Below the pieces are notes generated by a model that did no database searches, was not told the DNA's origin, and saw only the letters and a list, made by a program, of their open reading frames with translations. The position numbers were made by a program, and so were the translations under genes. A DNA stretch of 64,000 nucleotides from Podarcis gaigeae (taxonomy: Eukaryota), in NCBI GenBank assembly GCA_964106915.2, contig OZ066914.1, one strand, 5' to 3'. Positions 62,000 to 64,000 of the stretch are shown one piece after another (position 1 is the first letter of the stretch; each line of letters begins with the position of its first letter).

Positions 62000-62060
62000 G
62001 ATTGATTGATCGATCAATCAATCAATCAATCAATCAATCGATAGATAGATAGATAAATAG
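62000..62060. repeat. Compound tetranucleotide microsatellite (GATT/ATCA/GATA)
   Basis: Read directly; includes a perfect 24-bp palindrome at 62000-62023. Confidence 0.9.
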
Positions 62061-62149
62061 ACCGGACCACCAGCAATGCAGGTAGGTGGAGGATTGTAAG
62101 GAGGCTTATGTAACCTTTAATGAAATTTTATAAGTAAAGAGCAAGCAGC

Positions 62150-62520
62150 AAGAAGGCAAAAGATGCTCAATGAAATTAAAAGGCCTTTGGAGTCCATTTG
62201 AGAACCACCTAAGAGGGGGCTACAAAACATTTTTAAGAAAAGCAATTCCAGAGATGCAGGTGCATCACTAAAAAGGCCCTGTCCATGGTACCCAACAGCC
62301 TGATCTTTGTGAACCAGAACAATAGCACCTCTGAGGCAGATCCTATGGCATGAGCAGGTTCTATGTGGGTGCAACCAGTCCTTAAAATAACCTCCAAAGC
62401 ATTCCGGCTCCAAAGACCAGCCTGGCTCACAGGCCTCTTGTGGAGCAACATCGCAGAAGAGTGGTTTCAGGCAGCCTCCATATGGAGGCTGTAACCTTTG
62501 GATCAGCACCATGAGACTTT
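62150..62520 (-). mobile_element. Old L2 LINE fragment
   Basis: ORF 62233-62451 ends DRAFLVMHLHLWNCFS, resembling RAFSVAAPxLWNSLP of the other L2 copies. Confidence 0.5.
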
Positions 62521-64000
62521 CATTTCTCAGACATCACTTTGGGGATACTGTTAGCTTTTAACTGCAGATAAAGCAGGAAAGATGACTGTGCCATTTGGAT
62601 AGCAAGTTCTCCAGTAGTTGCAAGTCTTCACTTCTGGTAAGCACTGCTTCTCGGTTGACATGCAAAGTCTCCAGCATGCTCAACATCAGTAGGAGGGACA
62701 TTGTCTCAGCTCCAAAAACATCCCTGGGTGGTTAGCAGGCAGCAGGGTTCTGGCATCGCCCATATCCAAGCATTGTAACACCATCTGAATTTTTCTTGAG
62801 CAGCTTGTTTCTTTTCTGGGAATGAGGCATCATTTCGGACAGAGGTTTGGCCTGTGCTTTGGTTGTGCCTGACCCCATAGCTTCTCAGAAAGACTGAATG
62901 AGAAAACAAGTCTGTAAAACAGTTGCACTCTTGCACCAGGAGGGAGTATTTGGGAGTTTGCTGGGGTGAACCAGGGTAAGGTTTGGATCTGAAGAAACTA
63001 GCACCTTCACAGACCCCCAAAATGCCCCCAAGCTGGCATGGTTAAATCCTCTCCACTTGTTTACAGTGGGAGAGAAATCAAGTTTTTTAAATAAAAACAA
63101 AAAACGGCTGATGAGTGCAAAACTGCTTACTGCCAGTCTGAGTGCCTAGTAGGACACTGGATTACGCAGTTTGATCACATTCAGCCCCTCATCCCACCCT
63201 GGCCTTTAGTATTTCATTCTAAAGCTGAGACTTATCAGGATTCTGCTGATATACTATCAGTAAAACGGCAATCATGCAGATTTCTAAGTGAGCAAATATA
63301 AAATATTTTAAAATGTCATTTTATTTACTATCATGTATGGATTTTAGTTAACATCCACGGGTATAAGCAAACTGGATATTTATTAATAAACTTCTAATTC
63401 TACCATACCTGCTGATGCAATGCAGTGTGTATGTATACTGTGCCATATACAACTGATTATGTTCAGGAGAAGAAAAGAAATTGGAGTCCCTAAGATGAGT
63501 GGATGGTAGCTTGCACCTCTCCTTCCGGTCAGCAACTGAACAGCAATCCACCCATCACCTTTTATTCAGTATAGTTTCCAGTAATCAGATATTTGAGAAC
63601 ATAAAAGGAGTCTCATAACCAAACTACCAGAAAAGCCATGGATCATTCTACTATATTAGTTTGTCTCTGGGAGTGAGCAAAGAGCATATTAAGCACAATG
63701 TCTAACTGTCAGACTCACCAGTATACAATTATAAAAGAGCCCAATTCCCAATCCAATTCCCATTTACTGCGCAGAACCTAGATGTTGCCTATAATTTAAG
63801 AATTAAGCACTGTTCCAAAGAGACACCAACATTGTGGCAGATATTTAAAAAAACCCTGTACAGATAGTCAAACTATTCTGGGGTGAATGTGGTCACCTGT
63901 ACCATTCTGTTACAGATTTTTTTAAAAAAAACCAATGATAAGTGGCAGATGTGTGGTGAAATATGAGGTAAAGTGATACCCTACCATCCTTAGGGACAAC

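Overview
Vertebrate nuclear DNA, most likely a lacertid-type lizard, judged from Sauria SINEs plus squamate-type CR1, L2, Penelope, hAT and Tc1/mariner repeats. Gene content: (1) a CpG-island promoter and non-coding first exon on the - strand at about 16.9-17.6 kb, with 1-16.9 kb as its first intron; it is probably CLASP1, inferred from synteny only. (2) A complete six-exon translin gene (TSN, + strand, CDS 31612-36337, 229 aa). (3) A convergent six-coding-exon, 1141-aa Dbl-family RhoGEF on the - strand (CDS 56632-39886) that I cannot match to a named human gene. The RhoGEF has a long disordered N-terminus, tandem DSGI motifs, a CxxC...CxxC module directly before the DH-PH unit, and a C-terminal RRNALPNI tail nearly identical to the PKA-inhibitor (PKI-beta) pseudosubstrate. 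That tail is the strongest candidate for something undescribed. NIFK, which lies between CLASP1 and TSN in human, is not visible. No tRNA, rRNA or CRISPR was found, and most ORFs in the supplied track are non-coding noise. Repeat family names are from recognition, not from a database search, and some repeat boundaries are approximate.
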